The notes under the pieces were generated by a model, which saw nothing but the letters and a program-made list of their open reading frames with translations, made no database searches and was not told where the DNA came from. A DNA stretch of 61,620 nt, taken from contig JBNJGH010000006.1 in the NCBI GenBank assembly GCA_051747585.1, forward strand, positions 1 to 61,620. Reading direction: 5' to 3'. Positions 38,867 through 47,126 of this stretch are shown in pieces. Made by a program: the position numbers and the translations under genes. Every line of letters starts with the position of its first letter. The first letter of the stretch is position 1. This DNA is from Candidatus Rifleibacteriota bacterium (GTDB lineage Bacteria; Muiribacteriota; Ozemobacteria; Ozemobacterales; Ozemobacteraceae).

Positions 38867-38915
38867 CTATATATTATACTTGATAAAAATAAGCCGAAGG
38901 CGCTTTGGAGGAAAG

Positions 38916-40256
38916 ATGATCAGAAAAATTTATCGTAGTTTATTGTTTTGTTTGTTATTTGTTGGGTTAACCTCGATGCTTTTTGCGGCACCCAAAGCCA
39001 AAGAAGTTAAAAGAATCAAATTTATCAACAACAATCATGTGCCCAAAAAAATTCTTGTAACTTCTACTTATAGAACCAAGAAATTTGTTAAAGATCTTTT
39101 TAACGTAATTAAAGAAATCAACGACACTGAAAATTTAACTGGCGATGATTTTATCAAGCTCCATATAGTTTCCAGCCATGGAGACCCCCTTAATGAACTG
39201 GGCGTTTCATATTCAGTTGCCCAGAAATACGCAGAAGTAAACCAGAATTTCAACACCAGCGACATCTGGCTTCAGGACTGCATGGAACTCTGTGCAGCAG
39301 AAACCCATGATGGACAATTGATACCGGCGGTTTTTGATTCGAACCGTGGAAGAGGTCTTGGACGTTTACCCCGCGTATTAAGCGACATGTGGGATCTGGT
39401 TTATTTTAAAAACCCGTCAAACGCCCAGTCTCACGGTGATTATGGCGGGAATCTCGAAGTAACACCTTTCGACGACATTCTTGTAGCCGGCAGCACCATT
39501 ACAAACACATGTAAAAGATTTTTCGAAGAAAACGGCTACAAAGGCAGAATGTTTCTGGGCGATACAGAATGGCTTCAGGTCGGTCATATTGACGAATACA
39601 TAAGTTTTATCCCGACGCCTCAAGCACCGGGCGGATACACAATCGTCAGAGCCGATACCGGCATGGCTCTCGATCTTATTAAAAACGCACCAGATTCGGA
39701 ACTTGATAAAATCAGCAGCTACGACAGAAATTTTCTTCTCAAAGTTAAAAGACTTCTCAATAAGCAAATGAAAGACCCTTATGCCGGCAAAGGCACTGAA
39801 GAAGGCGATTTTATCGCTTTAAATCAAAGAATTAACGAAATTATCGAACTGAATGTAGGTAAATTGAAGCAGTTCATCAGAAGAACCACCAAAGACCATG
39901 AAAGAGATATCGAAGAAGTATACTGGCCCTCATTATTTGAAGGATATGGTACAACCAACCCAAGAAGTTGCCATGCATTCCTTCCTGGTGTGGTTAATCT
40001 GCTGGTTGTTAGAGATCATCTAATTGTACCTGCAACCCACATACCTGCTTTCGACCGAGCAATCGAAGCTCGATTAAAAGCACAGGGCAACAAGGTACAT
40101 TTTATTGATGATTCACCATATCACAGCTCAATGGGTGAAATTCACTGCGGAACCAACGCTTTACGTGATCCAAACCGCTCGATTATAAGCAAAAGACAAC
40201 TTAAAGCTGTGCGCTCTGTAGTCGAAAGATTCAATAATATTCACCGCCAGAGATAA
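38916..40256 (+). CDS. Secreted protein-arginine deiminase (PAD) family protein
   Basis: WLQD, GGNLEVTP, WLQVGHIDE, GEIHCGTN; signal peptide; GGAGG RBS before ATG 38916. Confidence 0.88.
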   Translation: MIRKIYRSLLFCLLFVGLTSMLFAAPKAKEVKRIKFINNNHVPKKILVTSTYRTKKFVKDLFNVIKEINDTENLTGDDFIKLHIVSSHGDPLNELGVSYSVAQKYAEVNQNFNTSDIWLQDCMELCAAETHDGQLIPAVFDSNRGRGLGRLPRVLSDMWDLVYFKNPSNAQSHGDYGGNLEVTPFDDILVAGSTITNTCKRFFEENGYKGRMFLGDTEWLQVGHIDEYISFIPTPQAPGGYTIVRADTGMALDLIKNAPDSELDKISSYDRNFLLKVKRLLNKQMKDPYAGKGTEEGDFIALNQRINEIIELNVGKLKQFIRRTTKDHERDIEEVYWPSLFEGYGTTNPRSCHAFLPGVVNLLVVRDHLIVPATHIPAFDRAIEARLKAQGNKVHFIDDSPYHSSMGEIHCGTNALRDPNRSIISKRQLKAVRSVVERFNNIHRQR

Positions 40257-40272
40257 CAAAAAAACGAGAAAC

Positions 40273-40304
40273 AAAAAAGAGGGCTTAATGCCCTCTTTTT
40301 TTTT
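40273..40304 (+). terminator. Intrinsic terminator
   Basis: AAAAAAGAGGGC-TTAAT-GCCCTC-T9. Confidence 0.85.
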
Positions 40305-40324
40305 GCCTGAAACCTTTAATAAAC

Positions 40325-40353
40325 TTGACAGAGCTTGGTCATGTTGCTAGTTT
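40325..40353 (+). promoter_or_regulatory. Putative sigma70 promoter of hbd-ackA
   Basis: TTGACA-17 nt-TAGTTT with TG extension. Confidence 0.55.
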
Positions 40354-40403
40354 GAATAACTTTAAACTTTTTTGTACACAAATTTAATTTCGGGAGTAAG
40401 TAA

Positions 40404-41321
40404 ATGACTCAGAAAACTGTCGCAATTTACGGAGCGGCGACCATTGGCCAGGAGCTGGTCCTTACCGTTGCCAAATCTGGATGTGAAGTTGTCTTAATCG
40501 ATCCAGTCCAGGAAATGTTGGAAAATGGCCTGAAAAGAATTGAAAGAGCTCTTGATGCAGAAATGGCTCGCTGGGGTCTGACCGCAGGAGAGAAAAGGGC
40601 AATTCTGGGAAGAATCAAGACGTCAACTTCAATAAAGGATGCAAAAGGAAAAAGCTTCGTTATTGAAACACTTAAAGAGACAATCGATGTAAAATGTCAG
40701 TTATTCAAGGAACTTGACGAAATATGTTCTGTAGATACTATTCTGGCTTCAAATTCAGCCACTATTTCAATCACAGAAATTGCCGCTGAGTGTTCTCATC
40801 CCGAACGAACTATAGGTATGCATTTTCAAAGCCCTATACCAAAAGTTCCATTGGTTGAAATCTCACGTGGACTGCATACTAACGATGCAACCTATGAGGC
40901 AGCCCTTATTCTTGCCTCTATGATGCGAAAAACTGTAGTGTCAGTATATGACTGTCCCGGCTTTGTAACCACCAGAATAGCTCTTCCGATGATTAATCAG
41001 GCAGTTAAAGTGCTTGAAGAAGGAATCTCAAATTGCGAAACAATTGATACAGCCATGAAGCTGGGCTTTGGTTTAAATGCAGGCCCCCTGGCACTTGCCG
41101 ATCGAATCGGCCTGGATACAGTGGTTTATTATCTTGAAAATATGTATAAAGAAACCTTTGATCAGAGTTATTTACCGGCCAAGCTTCTGAAAAGACTGGT
41201 AAGAGCTGGTTATAAAGGGGTTAAAGGGCGCAAAGGTTTTTACCGTTATGAAAAAGACCTTACCCGAATCCCAAACAGTGGCTTAAATATATCAGAACTA
41301 TCAATGTGTAAAAATAATTAA
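40404..41321 (+). CDS. hbd: 3-hydroxyacyl(butyryl)-CoA dehydrogenase family
   Basis: ILASNS, IGMHF..P...LVEI, PGFVT.R, IDTAMKLG...GPL.LAD.IGLD, G.KGFY.Y. Confidence 0.85.
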   Translation: MTQKTVAIYGAATIGQELVLTVAKSGCEVVLIDPVQEMLENGLKRIERALDAEMARWGLTAGEKRAILGRIKTSTSIKDAKGKSFVIETLKETIDVKCQLFKELDEICSVDTILASNSATISITEIAAECSHPERTIGMHFQSPIPKVPLVEISRGLHTNDATYEAALILASMMRKTVVSVYDCPGFVTTRIALPMINQAVKVLEEGISNCETIDTAMKLGFGLNAGPLALADRIGLDTVVYYLENMYKETFDQSYLPAKLLKRLVRAGYKGVKGRKGFYRYEKDLTRIPNSGLNISELSMCKNN

Positions 41322-41335
41322 ACAGGAGAATTGCA

Positions 41336-42541
41336 ATGAAAATACTGGTACTTAACTGTGGTTCATCTTCAATAAAATACCAGCTTTTTGATATGACTAA
41401 CACCGAAGTACTGGCCAAAGGGCTTGCACAAAGAGTCGGACTGGCTGGTTCTACCATAGACTTCAGAAAAGGCAGCGACGGCAAAAAAAAGGTTCACGAA
41501 TGTGAAATTCTTGACCATAAAGTAGGAATTCAAAAAATATTTGAACTTCTAACCGATAAAGAAACAGGTGTACTTGAAAATCTCAATGAGATACAGGCTG
41601 TTGGGCACAGAATTGTGCATGGCGGCGACAAATTCGCTCAAAGTGTTCTTATTACTGATGAAGTAAAAGATGCAATAGAAGAGTGTATCGTTTTCGCACC
41701 TCTGCATAATCCCCCGAATCTTAAAGGAGTTGAAGCTGTAGAAGCTATTCTGCCCGATGTAAAACAGGTTGCTGTGTTTGATACCAGTTTCCACCAAACC
41801 ATGAAACCCGAAGCTTACATTTACGGTATTCCCTATATGTTTTATGAAAAACACCGAATTAGACGCTATGGCTTTCATGGAACAAGTCACCGCTTTGTTG
41901 CATCTCGAGCAGCTGAATTGCTTGGGAAACCATTAAATGAGTTAAAACTTATCACCGTTCACCTGGGAAACGGTGCTTCTGTCTGCGCCATAGACAAAGG
42001 CAAATCTCTTGACACTTCAATGGGACACACACCGTTGGAAGGTCTGGTAATGGGCACAAGATGTGGCGACATCGACCCTGCTCTGATTCTCCATATCATG
42101 AAAAAATATGAATTAACAGTTCAGGAAATGGACAATTTGTTAAATAAGCATTCGGGCGTGCTTGGAATAAGCCAGGAATCAAGTGATTTGCGTGATCTCG
42201 AAGAAGAATGGCCCAATCGAAGTGAAAGAGCAAACCTGGCACTCGACGTATATTCCCATCGAATTAAAAAATACATTGGCGCTTACATGGCAGTATTGGA
42301 TGGTTGTGATGCAATTGTCTGGACTGCGGGCGTCGGCGAAAACAGTCCGATTGTAAGAAGCATTGTCCATAAACAGATGGAATTCTTTGGCATTAAACTC
42401 GACCTCGATAAAAACGAAGTTACCTGGCGTGGCGCTGAAGGCGAAATAACTACTCCAGACTCAAAAGTCAAAGTCCTGGTAGTACCTACAAACGAAGAAC
42501 TGGTTATTGCCGAAGATACTATGGGAATAGTAAAAAAATAA
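41336..42541 (+). CDS. ackA: Acetate kinase
   Basis: NCGSSSIKYQL, GHRIVHGG, APLHN, FDTSFH, RRYGFHGTSH, HLGNG, PTNEE. Confidence 0.96.
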   Translation: MKILVLNCGSSSIKYQLFDMTNTEVLAKGLAQRVGLAGSTIDFRKGSDGKKKVHECEILDHKVGIQKIFELLTDKETGVLENLNEIQAVGHRIVHGGDKFAQSVLITDEVKDAIEECIVFAPLHNPPNLKGVEAVEAILPDVKQVAVFDTSFHQTMKPEAYIYGIPYMFYEKHRIRRYGFHGTSHRFVASRAAELLGKPLNELKLITVHLGNGASVCAIDKGKSLDTSMGHTPLEGLVMGTRCGDIDPALILHIMKKYELTVQEMDNLLNKHSGVLGISQESSDLRDLEEEWPNRSERANLALDVYSHRIKKYIGAYMAVLDGCDAIVWTAGVGENSPIVRSIVHKQMEFFGIKLDLDKNEVTWRGAEGEITTPDSKVKVLVVPTNEELVIAEDTMGIVKK

Positions 42542-42547
42542 GACCTC

Positions 42548-42589
42548 AAAAAAAGCTGCCCCATCTTTATGATGGGGCAGCTTTTTTTT
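42548..42589. terminator. Bidirectional intrinsic terminator
   Basis: A7-GCTGCCCCATC-TTTAT-GATGGGGCAGC-T8 between convergent genes. Confidence 0.9.
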
Positions 42590-42599
42590 GCAGTTTAAC

Positions 42600-43772
42600 T
42601 CATTTACCTGTTTCGAGCATTTCGGGCGGCTTATCGGAAACACATCTAAAACCTACGGTAGTACTTCTGTAAAGTGGCGATCGTTTTACATCGCGGGCAG
42701 AAGATCTACAGCCTCTGGAATTGTCATCCCAGGAGCCGCCGCGCACTATCGGCAAACCATATTTACCATGAAATTTATAAGCATTTCTTGGGTCTTTGTC
42801 GTAAGCGGTAGCAGTCCACTCTGAAACATTCCCGGCAAGGTCGTGAACTCCCCAGGGCGAAATCCCGGTTGGGTATAACCCCACTGCAACCGGCTGATCA
42901 CCAACATTGCAACGATCTGCAAAAAAAGTATTACCCCATGGATATTCTCGCTGATCGCTACCTCTGGCAGCTATTTCCCACTCGTTTTCTGTTGGCAACC
43001 TTTTTCCGGCCCATTTTGCGTAGGCATAAGCATCGAACCAGTCTACCAGAACTACCGGCGTATTTAGCATGCCCTTAGGCGGCTGTCCACCTACCCAGCT
43101 GAATCTCAATGCCCAGGCATAGGTATGATAAGGAGTATGATCTTTGTGTTCTGGGGCATAAGGATGACACCATTTATGCCCATGTTTTCTTACATCTTTA
43201 AGAAACTGTTGATACTGAGCGCAGGTAACCTCGTATTTATCCATCCAGAAACCTTCTGTGTCAATATTGCGCCGTGGTCTTTCGTCATGGTTTCCTCGAT
43301 CACTTCCCAGCATATATGTGCCTTTTTTTATTTCAACCATTTCATTATCTCGATCAAGTGCCAGGTTAACGACTTTTTTTTGATTTGCCGCAGCTTTCGT
43401 AAGCTGATCAAGCTTAACCCTTATTATCATGTTTCCGTTCGCGACCGGTGTCATATTCATTTTGTGAGAATGAAACCCATCGGCCTTGATCTCAAGCTCG
43501 TAACTTTTACCCAACTTCAGCTCTATATCACGACCTTTTTGTGATACTCCATTAACAAGAATGCTTGCTTCATCTGGCTCAACATCAAATCTGAAACGCA
43601 CCAGATCTGTTACAGGCACTTTCTCTAACTTTTTACCATCAAAAGGACAAAAATTTACATCATCGTCGAAAGTTTTTCGGCAATCAGGACAAATTTTCAT
43701 GGCAAATGCTATAGAGCTCATCAGACAAAAGACTGTAGTTAGAGCAACAATAATTTTAAAGAATTTATTCAT
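42600..43772 (-). CDS. Secreted zinc-ribbon/PEGA + formylglycine-generating enzyme (FGE-sulfatase/SUMF1) domain protein
   Basis: Signal peptide, CPDC...FCPFDG, YEVT, PVV.V.W.DA.AY, RLPTE.EWE, DLAGNVSEW, RGGSW, GFRC; start ATG 43772. Confidence 0.85.
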   Translation of the reverse strand: MNKFFKIIVALTTVFCLMSSIAFAMKICPDCRKTFDDDVNFCPFDGKKLEKVPVTDLVRFRFDVEPDEASILVNGVSQKGRDIELKLGKSYELEIKADGFHSHKMNMTPVANGNMIIRVKLDQLTKAAANQKKVVNLALDRDNEMVEIKKGTYMLGSDRGNHDERPRRNIDTEGFWMDKYEVTCAQYQQFLKDVRKHGHKWCHPYAPEHKDHTPYHTYAWALRFSWVGGQPPKGMLNTPVVLVDWFDAYAYAKWAGKRLPTENEWEIAARGSDQREYPWGNTFFADRCNVGDQPVAVGLYPTGISPWGVHDLAGNVSEWTATAYDKDPRNAYKFHGKYGLPIVRGGSWDDNSRGCRSSARDVKRSPLYRSTTVGFRCVSDKPPEMLETGK

Positions 43773-43864
43773 CTGGTATTCCTCATTAATTTGCAATATG
43801 TAATATAATTAACATGTAAGCATCTTAACAGGCAAAAAAATTATATTAAAAAGCTGGGAATATC

Positions 43865-45010
43865 ATGAAAAGAAGAAATTTCTTAAAAATTTTATCATTT
43901 CTAAGCGCAACGTTTTGTTTTGCCAAAAATTTAAAAGAGCCCTGCTCCGCTAGACCACCAGAAAGACTTAGTCTTAATGATTTCAAGAAAAAAGGATTTC
44001 ATATACATAAAGCACGGCATTATAAAACGCTTGAAAACAACCTTGTTAATTGCAGGCTCTGTCCGAACCGTTGCGTTATTCCTCCAGGTAAGCGGGGAAG
44101 ATGCAACGCAAGACTTAACTCTAATGGCCAGTTGTACAGCCTTGTTTATGGCAACCTGTCTTCAATTTCCGTCGATCCCATAGAAAAAAAACCTGTTTTT
44201 CATCTTCTCCCGGGCACTCATGCTCTTTCAGTTTCAGCTGCAGGTTGTGTTTTATCATGTAAATATTGTCAGAACTGGCAAATTTCACAGTCACTACCTG
44301 AAGAGGTTTGTAATTTTCATATCACCCCCGCTGAGCTGGTAGAAAAAGCAATTGAGCTTAATTGTGACAGCATCGCCTATACTTATAATGAGCCTACAGT
44401 TTTCTTTGAATTCATGTTTGATACAGCTATAATTGCCAGGAAAAAAGGTTTGAAAAATGTCATGGTTTCCTGCGGATATATAAATCAGGAGCCATTAAAA
44501 GAACTCATCGAAGTCATGGATATAATTAAAGTTGACTTAAAAGGCTTTAGCGAAGATTTTTATAAAAAAGTAACTGGTGGCCGGCTCGAACCGGTAAAGA
44601 AAACAATTGAAACACTTGCCAGAAATAAAAAATTATTGGATATAGTTTGCCTTATTATACCAGGTCTCAATGATGACACCGAAACCTGCAGCAAAATGTA
44701 CAACTGGTTACTTAAAGTAGCCGGCCCCCTGCCCTCGTTATTTGTATCAAGATATTATCCAACATATAAACTTAGAAATATCGGGCCGACTCCTGTTTCC
44801 AAGCTGGAAAATTTAAGAAAGCTTGCGATAAAAACAGGCTTGAAATATGTATATATAGGCAATGTTTCAGGACACGAAGGCGAAGACACCTTTTGCCATA
44901 ACTGTGGAAAACTTCTGATTGACAGACTTGGCTACCAGATTGTGGCTAACAACCTTAAAGACGGTAAGTGCCCATACTGTAAAACAGAAATTCCCGGCAT
45001 CTGGAATTAA
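43865..45010 (+). CDS. amrS: AmmeMemoRadiSam system radical SAM enzyme
   Basis: CRLCPNRC, DPIEKKP, CVLSCKYCQNW.ISQ (CxxxCxxC), YTYNEP, YVYIGN, C-terminal CxxC pairs. Confidence 0.88.
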   Translation: MKRRNFLKILSFLSATFCFAKNLKEPCSARPPERLSLNDFKKKGFHIHKARHYKTLENNLVNCRLCPNRCVIPPGKRGRCNARLNSNGQLYSLVYGNLSSISVDPIEKKPVFHLLPGTHALSVSAAGCVLSCKYCQNWQISQSLPEEVCNFHITPAELVEKAIELNCDSIAYTYNEPTVFFEFMFDTAIIARKKGLKNVMVSCGYINQEPLKELIEVMDIIKVDLKGFSEDFYKKVTGGRLEPVKKTIETLARNKKLLDIVCLIIPGLNDDTETCSKMYNWLLKVAGPLPSLFVSRYYPTYKLRNIGPTPVSKLENLRKLAIKTGLKYVYIGNVSGHEGEDTFCHNCGKLLIDRLGYQIVANNLKDGKCPYCKTEIPGIWN

Positions 45011-45825
45011 AGACGTTTACCACAATACTTACAGTAAACAGCGTCTTCATCGTGGCCTTCGCGATTGCAATCTTTACATACCTGAGTTGTAATCTTTTTG
45101 CCTGAAGAAATCATTTCAGCAGTTACAATTCCGGTAGGAATAGCAATAATGCCGTATCCTATAATCATAATAAGGGCTGAAAGGGCCTGTCCAAGCGGTG
45201 TAACCGGAGAAATATCTCCGTAGCCCACAGTAGTAAGCGTGACTATAGCCCAGTAAATACTTATGGGAATACTGGTAAAACCATTTTTCTCACCTTCTAT
45301 AACATAGATTAGCGAGCCAATAATAATAACCAACAAGAATACCGAGAAAACAAATACTTGTATTCTTCTCCTGCTCGATTTAAGAGCTTTAAGAATCAGC
45401 TCACCTTCTTCAAGGTAATGAGCAAGTTTTAGAATTCTGAATATTCTTAAAACCCTCAGCACCCTGATTACGGAAAAATAACGGGTATTTGGGATTAAAA
45501 CGCTGAGATATGAAGGGAAAATAGCAAAAAAATCGATCATACCGTAAGCGCTGAAAATATAGCTGAAAGGACGATTTACTACATAAATTCGTAAAAGGTA
45601 TTCTAGAGTAAAAATAACAGTAAAAAACCAGTCGAGATAAAAGAATTCTTTTTCGTAAACGAGATTAATTTCTTTAATGCTGTCAAGCAAGGTTACTGAA
45701 ACACTTATCAATATACAGGAAACCAGAGCCAGGTCAAAAAACTTTCCGGCTCTGGTGTCTGATTCGAAAATTATTTCGTGGAGTCTGCCTCTAAAAGAAC
45801 TTTGGTTTTCTGCTTCTTTTCCCAT
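45007..45825 (-). CDS. Voltage-gated potassium channel-type ion transporter
   Basis: S4-like RVLRVLRIFRILK; filter TTVGYGD; C-terminal CxxC...CxxC. Confidence 0.93.
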   Translation of the reverse strand: MGKEAENQSSFRGRLHEIIFESDTRAGKFFDLALVSCILISVSVTLLDSIKEINLVYEKEFFYLDWFFTVIFTLEYLLRIYVVNRPFSYIFSAYGMIDFFAIFPSYLSVLIPNTRYFSVIRVLRVLRIFRILKLAHYLEEGELILKALKSSRRRIQVFVFSVFLLVIIIGSLIYVIEGEKNGFTSIPISIYWAIVTLTTVGYGDISPVTPLGQALSALIMIIGYGIIAIPTGIVTAEMISSGKKITTQVCKDCNREGHDEDAVYCKYCGKRL

Positions 45826-45845
45826 TTATTGCTATCTGGCTGGAG

Positions 45846-46148
45846 TTAATGAAAAGATTGTCTTTTCTGCCTTTCTTCCTGAATCTCTTTAATGGCTTTT
45901 TCTTTCTTTTCGAGATATTTGTTGAGCTCTGTACTCCGACTACGCAATGACTTCATCAAAGTTCTGGCTTCATCAACATAAGGACTGTCGGGATAATAAT
46001 GAATTATTCTTTCGTATGCTTCGTAAGCGGGCAACGGATATTGCCAACGCATCATAAGGTTTCCCTGGAAATAAAAAATATGATCGCCAAAAAAATAACC
46101 AAGTATGCCCAGAATTATGAAAGCAACAACTATATGCTTAAAAAACAT
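45846..46148 (-). CDS. Small membrane-anchored TPR-like protein
   Basis: N-terminal TM helix; AYERIIHYYPDSPYVDEA (BamD/YbgF-type TPR). Confidence 0.65.
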   Translation of the reverse strand: MFFKHIVVAFIILGILGYFFGDHIFYFQGNLMMRWQYPLPAYEAYERIIHYYPDSPYVDEARTLMKSLRSRSTELNKYLEKKEKAIKEIQEERQKRQSFH

Positions 46149-46169
46149 TCAACCCCTCCCGAAAAAGCA

Positions 46170-47126
46170 CTATAAATTAGCTGATCTGGCTGTAACTCTA
46201 TTTGATTTTACCATATTTCTACCAACCGCCGAGGACTTTTTGCGAGTTTTCTCCGATGAAGTTGCTACCGTAGGCACACAGAGAACAATTGAATTTATAA
46301 GGCTGATATTTACCTTGAGAGCAAACTTTTCTTTAAGTTCTCTGAGCTTTCTTTGATGCTCCTGTTCCAGACCGTGAATAAGCTTGTCTATTTCTTCTTC
46401 TTTCTGGAAGAAATAGAGATGGAAGCAAACATTCTCTTTTTTCTTCAGCAATTCCTGCTTCTGTTCATCAAGATATGCTTCGAATTTTCGTAGTTCTTCT
46501 GAGCACGCATCAGCTCCCCATTCTTTTAAGGCGTTTATTTCTTCTTCAAGTTCATTTTCAAGTTTCTGACAGCTCTCAAGATATAAACGTAGAATATCGG
46601 GACCGGATTGCTCTATTTTCAATCCGGGCTGTGGCTCTTCTGAGTATTTTTCAAGGTCTAAGTCATATAAACCTTCGTTGATTTCGATCTTATTGCCCGC
46701 GGGATCAGTAACTATCGAAAAAAGCTGTTCTTTTCTCTGGTCACAATCATATAAAACCTTAAAATTAAAAACCACTTTTTGGCGATAATAGACTTTTTCG
46801 CTGTCGACAACCCTTAAGCCCGCGTTTTCACATGGCGGAACTTCAGGTTGTTGCAATGAGAACAGTCTGCTGGCCTTAGGAATTTCGGCAAGCCTTTCTA
46901 TTATTTTTCTCAGCAGAAATGAGCCGTCACATATAAGTTCGATATCTCGATGTTTTTCTGCCAATTCTCTTGAAAAGGTAAATTTAAGTTCTTCAAATCC
47001 GTTAAAGAATAGTTGTTCCTTTTCGGGTATATCCGCCTTCCAGATATTCGAATCAATTTCTTCGGCTTTTATACCAACCATACTCATAAAGGAAAAAACC
47101 AGTTCTTTTGTTTTATTCTTCGCCAT
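46170..47126 (-). CDS. YqhG-like partner of the SNF2 helicase
   Basis: Start ATG 47126 (MAKNK, GGAGG RBS) overlaps the helicase end; NFKV.Y.CD..KE.L.S segment and coiled-coil C-terminus; same gene pairing as Bacillus yqhH-yqhG. Confidence 0.55.
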   Translation of the reverse strand: MAKNKTKELVFSFMSMVGIKAEEIDSNIWKADIPEKEQLFFNGFEELKFTFSRELAEKHRDIELICDGSFLLRKIIERLAEIPKASRLFSLQQPEVPPCENAGLRVVDSEKVYYRQKVVFNFKVLYDCDQRKEQLFSIVTDPAGNKIEINEGLYDLDLEKYSEEPQPGLKIEQSGPDILRLYLESCQKLENELEEEINALKEWGADACSEELRKFEAYLDEQKQELLKKKENVCFHLYFFQKEEEIDKLIHGLEQEHQRKLRELKEKFALKVNISLINSIVLCVPTVATSSEKTRKKSSAVGRNMVKSNRVTARSANL

